64,000 bases of DNA from Vitrella brassicaformis CCMP3155 (taxonomy: Eukaryota; Protista; Chromerida). Shown in pieces: positions 13,694 through 24,401 of this stretch. A program made the position numbers and the translations under genes. The stretch is from the NCBI GenBank assembly GCA_001179505.1, contig CDMY01000581.1, positions 186,001 through 250,000 on the forward strand, read 5' to 3'. Each line of letters starts with the position of its first letter. The stretch's first letter is position 1. The notes under the pieces were generated by a model that had not been told where the DNA came from, ran no database searches, and was given only the letters and a program-made list of their open reading frames with translations.

Positions 13694-14044
13694 CGGACTG
13701 ACAGGCAGATGCACGCCATTTATGTGAAGTGAGAGATGCTTTCAAAATTCGACACGTCGAATCAGTATGTGTGGACTGACTACATAGTAGGTGCGTGTGT
13801 TGTGTGTCGTGTGTGCGTGTCTGTACCATATCTGTTTCTTCGCAGGCCACGTCACTGTGGGGCACATGAGCGACACGCTATGCCTCACTTGACGGACTGA
13901 CAGGCAGATGCACGCCATTTATGTGAAGTGAGAGATGCTTTCAAAATTCGACACGTCGAATCAGTATGTGTGGACTGACTACATAGTAGGTGCGTGTGTT
14001 GTGTGTCGTGTGTGCGTGTCTGTACCATATCTGTTTCTTCGCAG
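13647..14044 (+). repeat. Tandem duplication, two copies of 199 bp, covering the oxidase stop codon and downstream sequence
   Basis: gccacgtcactgtggggcac...tttcttcgcag occurs at 13647 and again at 13846 and appears identical by eye. Confidence 0.95.
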
Positions 14045-14626
14045 GACTTTTTCGCCTGCATCTGTAAGTGCCGTGCTGCGTTGCCGCGCCTTATGCTTGC
14101 CAGTTCGTATCTCGTCCGGCCGACCTATCCTTTTGCCGTACGAGACGTGGCACCAACCTGCCTGCACCTGTAGTGCTTGGCTGGATGCGCGCGTGTCTCC
14201 GGAGTGCATGAACGGCGTTTTGACTGCCTGCAGCTTTAGATATTGGATGCCCGGGGCTGACCTGCCTATATGTCGGGAGGAGGGAAACACACGTCGCATA
14301 CATAATGACTGCGTGTCTGACTGTCTGACTGTCTGACTGACTGACTGCATGGCTGAGGTTTGCGACATTTTCTTTCTGGCACCTTTGGCTTTGGACTGAC
14401 CCGCACGCATAAGTTCCATGACCACGACTCTGCCGTCATGAACACTACATGACGCATGAGTGTATGGGTGGGTACATATGTAAACCACGGGTAACCGCGG
14501 GACCAAACCGGATTGAACATGTTAACATGCAGAGGGCACTCGAGGGATGAACGCTTGACATGCAGAGAAGGAAAATTGAGAGGGGAGGGAGGGGGACAGT
14601 CATGCGAGCTACTCAATTGGCCAAGA

Positions 14627-14678
14627 TAGTAGATCGTCCACGCATTCTGATCTAGTAGATCGTCCACGCATTCTGATC
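14627..14678 (+). repeat. 26-bp tandem repeat, two copies
   Basis: tagtagatcgtccacgcattctgatc at 14627 and 14653. Confidence 0.9.
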
Positions 14679-14838
14679 TTGCACTCCAAAATAGCAGAAG
14701 CGAAGCTTCATTGTTCGCCTTCGGTATAGACACATCGTATTACCTTGTCAACTTCCTCATTATAGCCCGTCTCCCCCCAGTTTCTCTCCCCTTTCCACCC
14801 TTTCCTTCCTCTTGCTTTCCACGTCAGCAACCACTGTG

Positions 14839-15552
14839 ATGCCGGCAAAACGTCAGCTTGGCAGACAGCTGGCCAACGTTGGTGCCCGCCTGTGCCCCAA
14901 ATTCGGCCGAAAGCGCAAACCGAAGAAAAGCCCCATTGCAGAAGCGACAGAACAAAAGAGCTCGACGCAGCAGCGGACGACACGAACCGCCCCACCGCTC
15001 GACGGTCCCCGAGCAAGCTGCCGCAGGATTGCCCCAAGGGACGGGGACGCCGCGGAGCTGCCGACGACCTACTCGGAGTCGGAGCCCGAGACTCAGTCAG
15101 ACCATCGCGACTGCATCAGCTGCTCATGTCATGTGTGTCTCTGTGTGCAGGAGTGGATGCAGCACAGGAAAGACGAAGAGAAAGCGGCCGACGATCTGGA
15201 AGAGCAAATCTCGCTTCAAAAGTGAGCATACATACACACCCACACATATATACACACAACACAACCAGCTGAGCTGGTTGATGCATGGCATGCAAGCAAT
15301 GATCGTGTCGGATCCATCAGGGACTACGCGAGTCGATTCGAGCGCCTGCAGCAGCTGCGTGCCAAGCGGCGGGGCGACCCTGGACAAGCACAAGACAGCC
15401 AGCCAGACAAGCAGCAAGACAGACAAGCAGTGGCACCAGCGGCGCCACAGAGAGGGCCGGCGGTGATGCAGCCAAGACGGGCAGACCAGGATGAGGACGC
15501 TGACGAGGACGATGTGGACGCCCTGCTGGACTGGCGGAAGAAACTGGTCTGA
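14839..15552 (+). CDS. Chimeric ORF or pseudogene: family-X N-terminus fused in frame to duplicated ZNF830-like 3' exons
   Basis: MPAKRQLGRQLANVGARLCPKFGR... is homologous to MFRKRFSKRLASVGSCLCPKLGR at 15728 and 7592. It reads in frame into EWMQHRKDEEKAADDLEEQISLQK; after one intron it ends ...LLDWRKKLV. Confidence 0.4.
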
Positions 15553-15813
15553 GCCAACCAACACATGTATGTGGGACTGAGTTGCATGAATGGATCTGTC
15601 GGCAGCGATCTCTGACCAGTCCTTTATCTAAACGCGCGCAGCAACGCTTCACTTCCTTTTTGAGGCAGCATGAGTTGGCTAGCTCGCAGCCGAGCCCCCA
15701 GTTCGGCGACTTTCTCCGCCACCAGTCATGTTTCGCAAGCGTTTCTCTAAACGACTGGCTAGTGTTGGGTCATGCCTCTGCCCCAAGCTCGGTCGGAACG
15801 GCAAACTGCCATC
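15111..15813 (+). repeat. Direct repeat copy B (of 6989..7677)
   Basis: Direct sequence comparison. Confidence 0.95.
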
Positions 15814-17494
15814 CAGCCCCACCGCAGCGCCCCATCGCAAAAAAGTGCCCAAGGAGCCCACGACGCAGCACCAGACCGTGACACGCACCACCCCACGGCC
15901 TGACGGCCCCCGAGCAAGCTGGCACAAAGTCGCCCCAAACCATGGGGATGACGACTCAGACGACTCAGAGGTTCCGACTACTCGGGCCTCAGTGCAGACT
16001 CTGAGGAGGAGCAGTTGGCCGAGGAGCTGGGACCAGAGGAGGCCGTGTGCCTCACAGTCAAGGAGGTCACCGTCAAGTCACGAACCCAGTCTGAGACTGA
16101 AGAGGACGCTGAGAAGGGCGAGGAGTCCGCCGAGAACACTCTGCTCGACGAGAACACTCTGCTCGACCAAACGATTGAGCTCTACGTGGAGACAGTCCTC
16201 TTCGGTGACCAGAAAGAGGACGACACAGACCACAGCATCCACCACGCACCAGTCCCAGTCTCTAAAGCACCATCGCTCTCGGGTACCCCGGCTGCCGGGC
16301 CGTCTGTCAACGATGCCATGGACGCCGCCACGTCCCTGAAGCACCCGTGGGCCACGACGCTCGAGAAGGTGCCTGCCAGCCCCAGTACGATACCCATGGA
16401 GGTCGTCTGCGCGCACAGTAAGGTCACAATTAAGGAGACAGAGGTGCCAAAGGGCGCCGAGGATCGAAGAAATGCCGCCCTCAAGAAGCTCGAGGCCAAG
16501 AAGATCTTTTCCAACGTCTATGGGCCGGCGTCGGGGAAGCTGCTGCCCGAGTACTCCAGGCCCGACAAGCGCCTTTCCACCACGCCATCGCGCTTCTACG
16601 GCAAGAGCGACCAGGCTAAGAAGGGGCTCGATGAGCTGCGGGCGCTGGCACGGGAGCAGGTTGCCGAGGGGAAGGCACCCGAGCATCAGCAGCAGCAGCA
16701 GCAGCAGCGGCAGCAGAGTGGCAACGGCATGAAGCCCGGCATGAAGCCCGAGGACACGTCCACCTACGGACGCACACACAAACACAAAAGGACGCCCGAG
16801 TCCCCCAACCTCGTGACCAACAACCAGACGACGTCAGGCGGCACACAGACCACATCAGGCGGCGGGTCATCGCCATCGAGTCGCGCGGACATCGAGCAGC
16901 CGGCACCTAGGAGCTGGCTGGATATGGGCAAAGACCTCTACAGAGACGTCTACAATGCGGCCGTGGAGGCGGGTCAAGACATCATGGATTTCCCACTTGT
17001 GCTGCAGGAGCTCCAGAACATGTACGCTTCCCAGGAATGGTAAGCAGGGGGCACGACAAGAGACTCAAGAGAGAGAGACATATCATGACGGCCCACACAC
17101 GCGTCTCCCTTCCTCCCTCCCTCTCCGTGTGTACGCAGTTGTATCGAGGAGACTAAAAAGACTGGCGTCCGGTTTGCCATGTATGAGCATGGAACAGACA
17201 AGCGGCCAATCGGGCCTGTGCCCATCAGTGAGATCCGCACCTACGATGTCGACGAACTTCCTCAAACGGTCCCGCTCGAAGAGCTTGGTAAGTCTCATCA
17301 CCACAATCACCACGGTCGCCGGTGACTCATCTCTCCTGCTGTGCCGTGTCCTTTCTGTGTGCCTCCATACAGACCCGCACGCACAATACTGGCAACTGAA
17401 ATGGGAGAAGCAGTGCAGAGACAACAAATGGGAGAGTTGGGGCTTCGGTCGCTTCGCGCGGCAGTTCGGCAGACTGTTCACCTCACCGAGCTAG
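15728..17494 (+). CDS. Lineage-specific hypothetical protein (family X), apparently frameshifted near 15978
   Basis: ORF 15728 (frame 2) and ORF 16015..17043 (frame 1) join if 4 nt present in the 15.06 kb paralog are restored. GT-AG introns link downstream exons CIEETKKTGVRFAMYEHG... and DPHAQYWQLKWEKQCRDNKWESWGFGRF... to a stop at 17494. Confidence 0.5.
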
Positions 17495-18531
17495 GCGCTG
17501 AAGGGCCGGCCAGTGGGTCCGCAGCAAGGCAGCACAGGCTCAGCCAAGAGTCCCCAGGCTCCCCTCAAATCCATCCTAAGGAAGGTCGACCCACTGCAAG
17601 TGAAGCACTGGATGGCGTGTGATCCCAAAGACCTGGGAGTGGATGATGCTGAGTACGTGCGAGGCTGGGTGGGATTGGACATCAACCTGGGCCGATGTGA
17701 GCCAGCGCATGCGACAAGGGGCATCGCGAGGTACCATGCAATGCGGTCGTCGGGATGGTGCCCGACGGCGATGCACGAGCCGCAGCCTGTGGCGATCAAC
17801 GAGCGGTCAGCCCTCTTCTGAGGAGACAAGTGCATGTGTCTCCCTTTGCAACAAGGCCGTACATTGGTCCTTGTGTGTGGTTGGACTAAGACGTCACGAG
17901 ATAGCCTCTAGCTTGTCTCGCAGACGATCTTCGCGCATGTGTTATTGGGTGTTCTCTATGACGACTTGTTCCACCAACGAATGGACGTGAATGCATGGAA
18001 TGCCAATACATCTGGCGCACTGCCTGGCAGGCAACTACAACTACCCCCCAGTCCAGTGTATGTGAGCAGTTGTGCAGTCAGGACACATAGCACAGAGACA
18101 CAGTATCTACGTGTATACCTTACCCTCCCATGCAGCAACATCATTCTATCTCGGTGGAAGCTTGTACTGCGGCTGTGCGCCCTTGACCTTGCTCTGGCGC
18201 TTGTTGTCTTCTATCGGCTGCGAGACGCCTCCCACTCTCCTCTCTCGCCGCCTCCTCTTCACCTTGCGATGAGAAAGATTCTGAACCTGCATGCATTGCG
18301 ACCCAGTACAACAGGGTGAATGCTCTGTTTGTGTCTGTCGGCTTGCGTCACCTGAAATGACTCCATCACTGCATGCAGCGGCCCCGATAGACGAGGCATG
18401 CCACCAACAGGTGGATGCGTGGCCGCCCCTGCTTCATCCTCAAACTCAAATTGACCCCGGTCCATGCCTGCAGACAGACACCACGATACCCGATCCATGA
18501 AGCATCTACTGGCCGTGCCGTCTTTCTCTTG

Positions 18532-21500
18532 CTATGTACCTATTTCTCTCAACACACCATTTAAATGCTCTGATGCTCCCATCCCGAGGTCGCCGTCATC
18601 GTCGCCTCTTGGATGGATGACGGCCCTCTCGGTTCGGTGTTTCCTGCCGCTGCCTGCTTTCGGGGCGGCTCTGCCATGTCTCCACCATTCACTGACGCTT
18701 CCTGATGGAGAGACCAGGCGTCGCTGGGTCGCTTGCAGGAATGACGACCGTCTTGCCCGCCTTGATCTGGCATCGAGGCTTGGATTGTCGACAGAGAGCA
18801 GAGACGTGGCCAACATGTCGTCGAGGAGTGGCGGGTCAGAGGGGTGCTCACTCTCCACCTGCCCTTGCGGCTGCTGCTCTGGCAGGCTCGTGTCTGCCGA
18901 CGTCTCATCCCTTTGTTTTTGACTGTCCATCATGATGCCAAGCTGCGATGTTGACACTGACGCACCGATCGATGTACCATTGGCCGGCGCGGGGGTTGTT
19001 GTCGTGGTCGTGGTAGTCGTTGTGCTTGTTGTGGTTGGTGCCGCAGCGAACAGGTTGGCCAGGAAGCCCGTCGTCGGGTCAGAAGTCTTCTTTTTCTTCT
19101 TGTTGAGCAGCTTTCTGATGAATCCTTCTGGGAGTATCTCAAAGAAGAGTGCAGGCATGAGCGGGGCCACCGATGTCTCCTCCACATAGCACTTGGCCTC
19201 GGCGGGATACAGACCGTCATCTGCAACCGGGAAGGATATCATCCTTCCGTGTGTGGGCAAGGACGGCAATGTGTTGGAAAGTGTTGGCCAGCTGTGTGTG
19301 TACTTCGGTACAGCTTTAAGAGCTCCTGTCTGTCAAGGGAGTAGAGAACCTGCCTGATCAAAAATGCCAATCACACACGCGTCCTCCGTGCTCCTCTGCG
19401 GCATCAGCTGCATGGATGGGTGCTTACGTGTCTTTCTCCACATCGGCGAATGGCTTCGTTCTCTTGACGTCCTTGCCGCCACCGAATATCTAACCGACAC
19501 GGCATGGAGAATCGACGTGTGGTGTCCCTTGTCAGCGGACCAGACACGAACCTTGATTGAGATCTTTCGCCTTATCGGTGACGGTTCGGTCATCAGTGTC
19601 ATGACCTCATTCAGCAGAGCAGGGCTCTTGCTCTCCCGCAAGAGGAATGCAAGAGGAATGCTATCTCGCCCTGACGAAGGACGCGTACACGTCATTCACT
19701 CTGTGTGTCTGTGTGTGCTTGTCCGTACCAGCTGCAGCCCGAAGCAGAGACTGTGAGTGGAGACAGGGCCCCACAGACGGCTGAAATGCTTGGCGCTCGA
19801 CGCGTCATACGGCAGCAGCTCTTGCACCGCTTGCTGTCAGCATGCAACATGCACGTCTGGATGTGAGTGTCCAGCGTTTGCCTGGACCTTGCCTACCATT
19901 CTCTCCATTGCATAGTCGGCCATCGTCATCGTGGCCCATTTGCTCCGCACCTGTGCGAGCAGTTCCTCGATGCGTTCATCCATCTCATCGGGATCCTTTG
20001 ACGAGCCCTGCAGGTCACAATGGACGAGACATGACACGTCCGTCCACGCGGGGGGATGCAGACATGGACGCGTACCTACCTGTACGATGATCCGCAGCTC
20101 AAGTATGGGGAAGCCCCCTCCCACGCCACCGCTGACGATGTATCCCAGCTGCTGTTCTGTCCTCAGGCTCTCGAAGACGGGTGTCGCAATGAGCGTGTCT
20201 GTGGACACACCACAGCGCAGCCCACGTGTTTAAATGATTACTGGCTGCCTACCAATGATGCCCAGGACCGCTCGCTGTCCGAAGTCTGCGCACATGGCAA
20301 GTGTCACAGCGTAGACATGGATGCCTGAAGGAAGCTTCGTGATTTTGTTATTCTGCTTTCCTGCTCACCAGGAATGCCCCACTGGTATGCGTTGAGTATC
20401 ACATGGTTGCTGTCGCCCTCAATCGGGTTCGAAAGGCGAAGCTCCAGTGAGTTGTTGGGCATCCAACTCTGACCACACACGCATAGAGACGGACGTGCAA
20501 GTGCGCATCGCACTGGCCGTCACCTATCTGTCTCACCGAGAAGTTGACTGCCTCCGGCAAGCTGACTGGCGCTTGTCGCACATTGATTGCCACTGCCTCA
20601 GACAACTCCACAGCCTAAAGGAGTCGAAGCAAGACAGACGTAGACGGTCCGGCAGCAGAGGTCTAATTGTCTCACTGACGTCTTCGATGTCGATGTTGCC
20701 AACGATGAGGGCATCGACAAAACTCCGGGTCGCCACGTTCTGAACATATGTGCGGTAATCCTCGTAGACGCTCTCCACCGGCATCTGGGACAGCTTCGTC
20801 ACCTCCTGAATAGACAACAAGGATGCTCGACTGTTCCTTTCGCATCCATGTCAATTAGCACCTCGAGCAGAGCGGTGTTTGAGAATTTGTTTGGCATCTC
20901 GATGTCGGTGAGCAGGTCCTCGGCTATCTGATAGAGCGACTCGCTGGAGGCCGCCTGAAGGGCTCCCATCATCTGTTCACACACAGCGCAAAGAGGGTTG
21001 ATGGTTGGAGGTCCCGTCTGTTCGGTTGCCTCATCGAGGATGAGCTGGATTCGGCTGTATGTGTCCGGGTTTGGGTCTGGCACGCCACCAAAGAGGGAGG
21101 ATACAGTGGACACAACTTCCCAGAAGTGCTCAGCGTAGCCCTACAGGGACATACCACGGTCAGGTGCCTTGATTGCTATGTCACCCATGACCCACTGACC
21201 CATGCAGAGAGCGTAAAGCATCCAAACTCATAATCCCAGGAGACACCAGCCTCTGGAAGGGGGATGAGAGAGACACGTGATCTGTGGTGTGTGCCCACAG
21301 ATGGATTCATGGATCAGCGAACCGCATGTGAGTTTGTCTGCGATGGCGTGTGTGGCATCCTCCGTCGTCAAGTACACATGCAATACGGCGTAGACAGCCA
21401 TCCTGCAACGTAACACAGACAGGTAAGTCATCCCATGTCTCTGCTTGCTGTGCATACCGCATGCCTCTGTATCTTACTTAGCCCTTGTCTCACCTGGGTG

Positions 21501-24218
21501 ATATGTGTGTCTTGTTGAGGCGCAGCAGAAAGCGGCCATCGATGTTTGGCGTGCGGAATCTGGCTGCATCCATCCACACATCCTTTTGCCCACACAACAC
21601 ATGGCTCGCTTCATTTGTGTCCGTGTGTGTCCTACCTGGTCCCTTCCACCAGACGATGAGGCCGTCAGAGTGAAGCACATTGCACGGCGGGGCCATCTCG
21701 GAGCTGGGGCACTCGTCGTCCTCATAGGGATCAATCACAGTCATGTTGCGAGGCACACATGATACACCTGAGGACACGCACACACCAGCGGCATGCAAAA
21801 AAGACTGGTGTGTGTGATGCGTTGCTCTGTAGCTCACGTGGGCATGGCAGGCATGGCGAGGTCGTCTGGTTGATCGGCAGGCAGGGGCTGTCTGCCGGTT
21901 CGGGCGGAGGCAGCCTCACGTCGAGGCGCTGCTTCGTATAGCGGACACCATAAGGGCCAAAGAGGAAGGTCTGCATGTCGGGCGACGTATGCTCCTTGGT
22001 CGACTGGTCAAAGTGGTTGTCGACGTATATGACATTGCACCGGTCGGTCGTCAGCTGCCCGAGCACTTCCTTGACCAGAGTGGTGTTGACGCGCTCCGAG
22101 TGGACCCTATGGCCGATTGAAAAACATTCCTGGCACATGCAGACGGAGTAAAAGTGGTGTGCGCTACCAAGCCATGCATTCTCGTGTACACGCACCTCCT
22201 TTGGATAGAAGAATAGGTTTGCGGCTGCGTCAGCCAATGCGTCGACTGCAGCGAACTCCTCCTGCCGAGACAGACAAGACGTCAACGAGCAGAGCAAAGC
22301 CAATCCCCCGACTCTGAGACCACCAACATGAAATTTCAGTCATCTGTGCACCCACCGATCCCACCTCGTTGTTGTAGGAGACATCCAGCAGCTGCCCGAA
22401 GGCTTCGAAGAACGCCTGCTCAAGCGATGAGACATCGTCGTCAGACTTCAGGCAGTCCAGAGAGCACAGACCGCACTTCGGCACGCCCCCTGCCTGTGAC
22501 TCCGGCCGTTGGAGCAGCTCGAGGGCCCGGAAGACAGGGGCTACACAATCACCCACATTTTGTGGACTCTGCGAAGACAGAGGGGTAGAGAGACATGACC
22601 ACATCCATATGGTGGGCTGTCACCTTGCAGAGCTGTGTGCCTTTGGTGGAGAGGCGGAGTCTGATGAAGATGAGAGTGGCTGCCGAGCTGGTGCTGTCAG
22701 ACACGTCCACATTGAAGACGAGACCTGTCTGTCTCAGCCGGTGCTGCAGGCCGCCCGCCCCCCCATAGTCGAGCATGTACCGCACGTACGCAAACGGCTA
22801 CCAACTCTCGTGCTGCATGCATACGGCACACACACAGAGTGCATGCTTTCGCTCCCCCTTTAGATAGCCATCTGCTCATTATTGGATATTTACCTCTTTG
22901 AGCGACGGCACCGCCCAGGTCAGTATCATTTCCGGCCGCCAAGTCGAGCGCGCCTCCATGCGAACATAATTGCCCACAGAGGCTCCTACAAAGGGTGATG
23001 GGTTCTGGAAGTTGCGAGGCTGCTCGCACGTGCCGCTGCGGATGTCATGGAAACGGCTCTCGATGAGAAGGTGCTGCTCATCCAGCGACAAGCCACACCT
23101 GCATGGCAAGAGAGACATTTGATGCAACCGATGGCTGGCTCTCTTTGCGTCTTGGTGATGCGGCGTGCCTGAGAACGACGGTCATCCGCTCAGCACAGTA
23201 GAACCTTCGGTGGAAGTCACGCAGAGCTGCAGCCATGTCGATACCCTGAGAGAGCAGGACAGGTGAGTCATCCATTCCCTCCCGGCTTCACGCGTGTGTG
23301 TATGTGCGCGTGTGTATGTGTACCTTGGCCTTTGGCACGTCATAGAGGAGTGTAAGGTTGCCCGTTCCAAAGTGGTGGAGCGGCGACCGCTCGTCCGCCA
23401 GCTGGTTGACCAGCTCAGACACCACCCTGTCCTGATTCACCAGATTCTCACGATGCTCCTCGTCGACCGCATGAACCTGACACACACAGCCACCCAGGCA
23501 GGCACACTTAGTACGCGAATTATGGCGGCCCTCACCTCTCTCTCGTAGACAGTGGTGTTGAATAGCGGTTCACTCAAGGCGGCGCTGAAGCGGGCCAGGC
23601 TGCCATTAAGCCCTTCCAGACCCACCTTAGCAAAGTAGACGGTGGCCTCTGCCTCCGTGCGAGCATTGGCCGAACCGCGATGGCTCGACAGGAACTCATC
23701 GACCTCGTTCTCTGCTGGGAACTCCTTGCTGCCCAGAAACATCTGCGCCACACACAGGCAGACAGCCGCTTCTCTTTGCTCTCCTCTCTCCACCCACCAT
23801 GTGTTCCATGAGATGAGCCAATCCAGGCAGCTCGGGAGGGTCACTGCAGGCGAGCACACCATGCAATGTAATAGACATCGATTTGCAATGCATTGACATG
23901 GCCATACACACATGCATTGTGCACCCACCTGAAGTATCCCACGTTGACTGCGATGGCGAAGGCGGCATCCATTGTGCGATTGTCATACACCGACATCAGC
24001 CGAATGCCGTTACTCAGCGTTGTCATGCGATAAGCCTTGCTGTCCTTCTTCGACCGTTCGATGCTCGGATCATCTCCTGCGCCACCTGCACTGCCAGCTG
24101 CCTCTTGAGGACTTGGCGCTGGCTGGCCGAGATTGGGCCTTTGCTGCAAAGACAACAGCTGCTCTGCGCTGACACAATGTGCAATGGCAACAGCGGTAAG
24201 GGCCAGACAGAGCCACAT
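18532..24218 (-). CDS. Secreted M16A zinc metallopeptidase (insulinase/IDE/toxolysin-like)
   Basis: Signal peptide MWLCLALTAVAIAHCVSA. Inverted zinc motif [24 protein letters not shown], third-ligand region REVHAVDEEH, then HHFGTGN, FHRRFYCAERMTVVL and FESLRTEQQLGYIV. The last-exon boundary is less certain. Confidence 0.93.
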
Positions 24219-24401
24219 CGCGGAGCAACGGTGCTGAAGGGGAAGCGGCCCCTCTCCTCTTTTGGGGCCAGCGATCGGGCTGCGAGCTAGAAGCGACAGG
24301 CGTCAGAAGACGATCTTGGACTGCGAGGGACGATGGAGCCATCCCGTGGAGTCCGCAGTCCCTCCGGCCTCGATCCTGGTCCATCAACCGCATCCCCGGC
24401 C

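Noticed and set aside
17083-17481. Minus-strand ORF with a Cys/His cluster (HCFSHFSCQYCACG) suggesting a zinc finger
   Set aside because: It is antisense to the spliced plus-strand exons of the family-X gene, and the Cys/His residues come from intronic CA/GT repeats.
17513-18319. Short plus-strand ORFs (17513..17821, 17939..18319) as a separate gene
   Set aside because: No recognisable motif or convincing splice chain. They could be a remnant or UTR, but the support is too weak to call.
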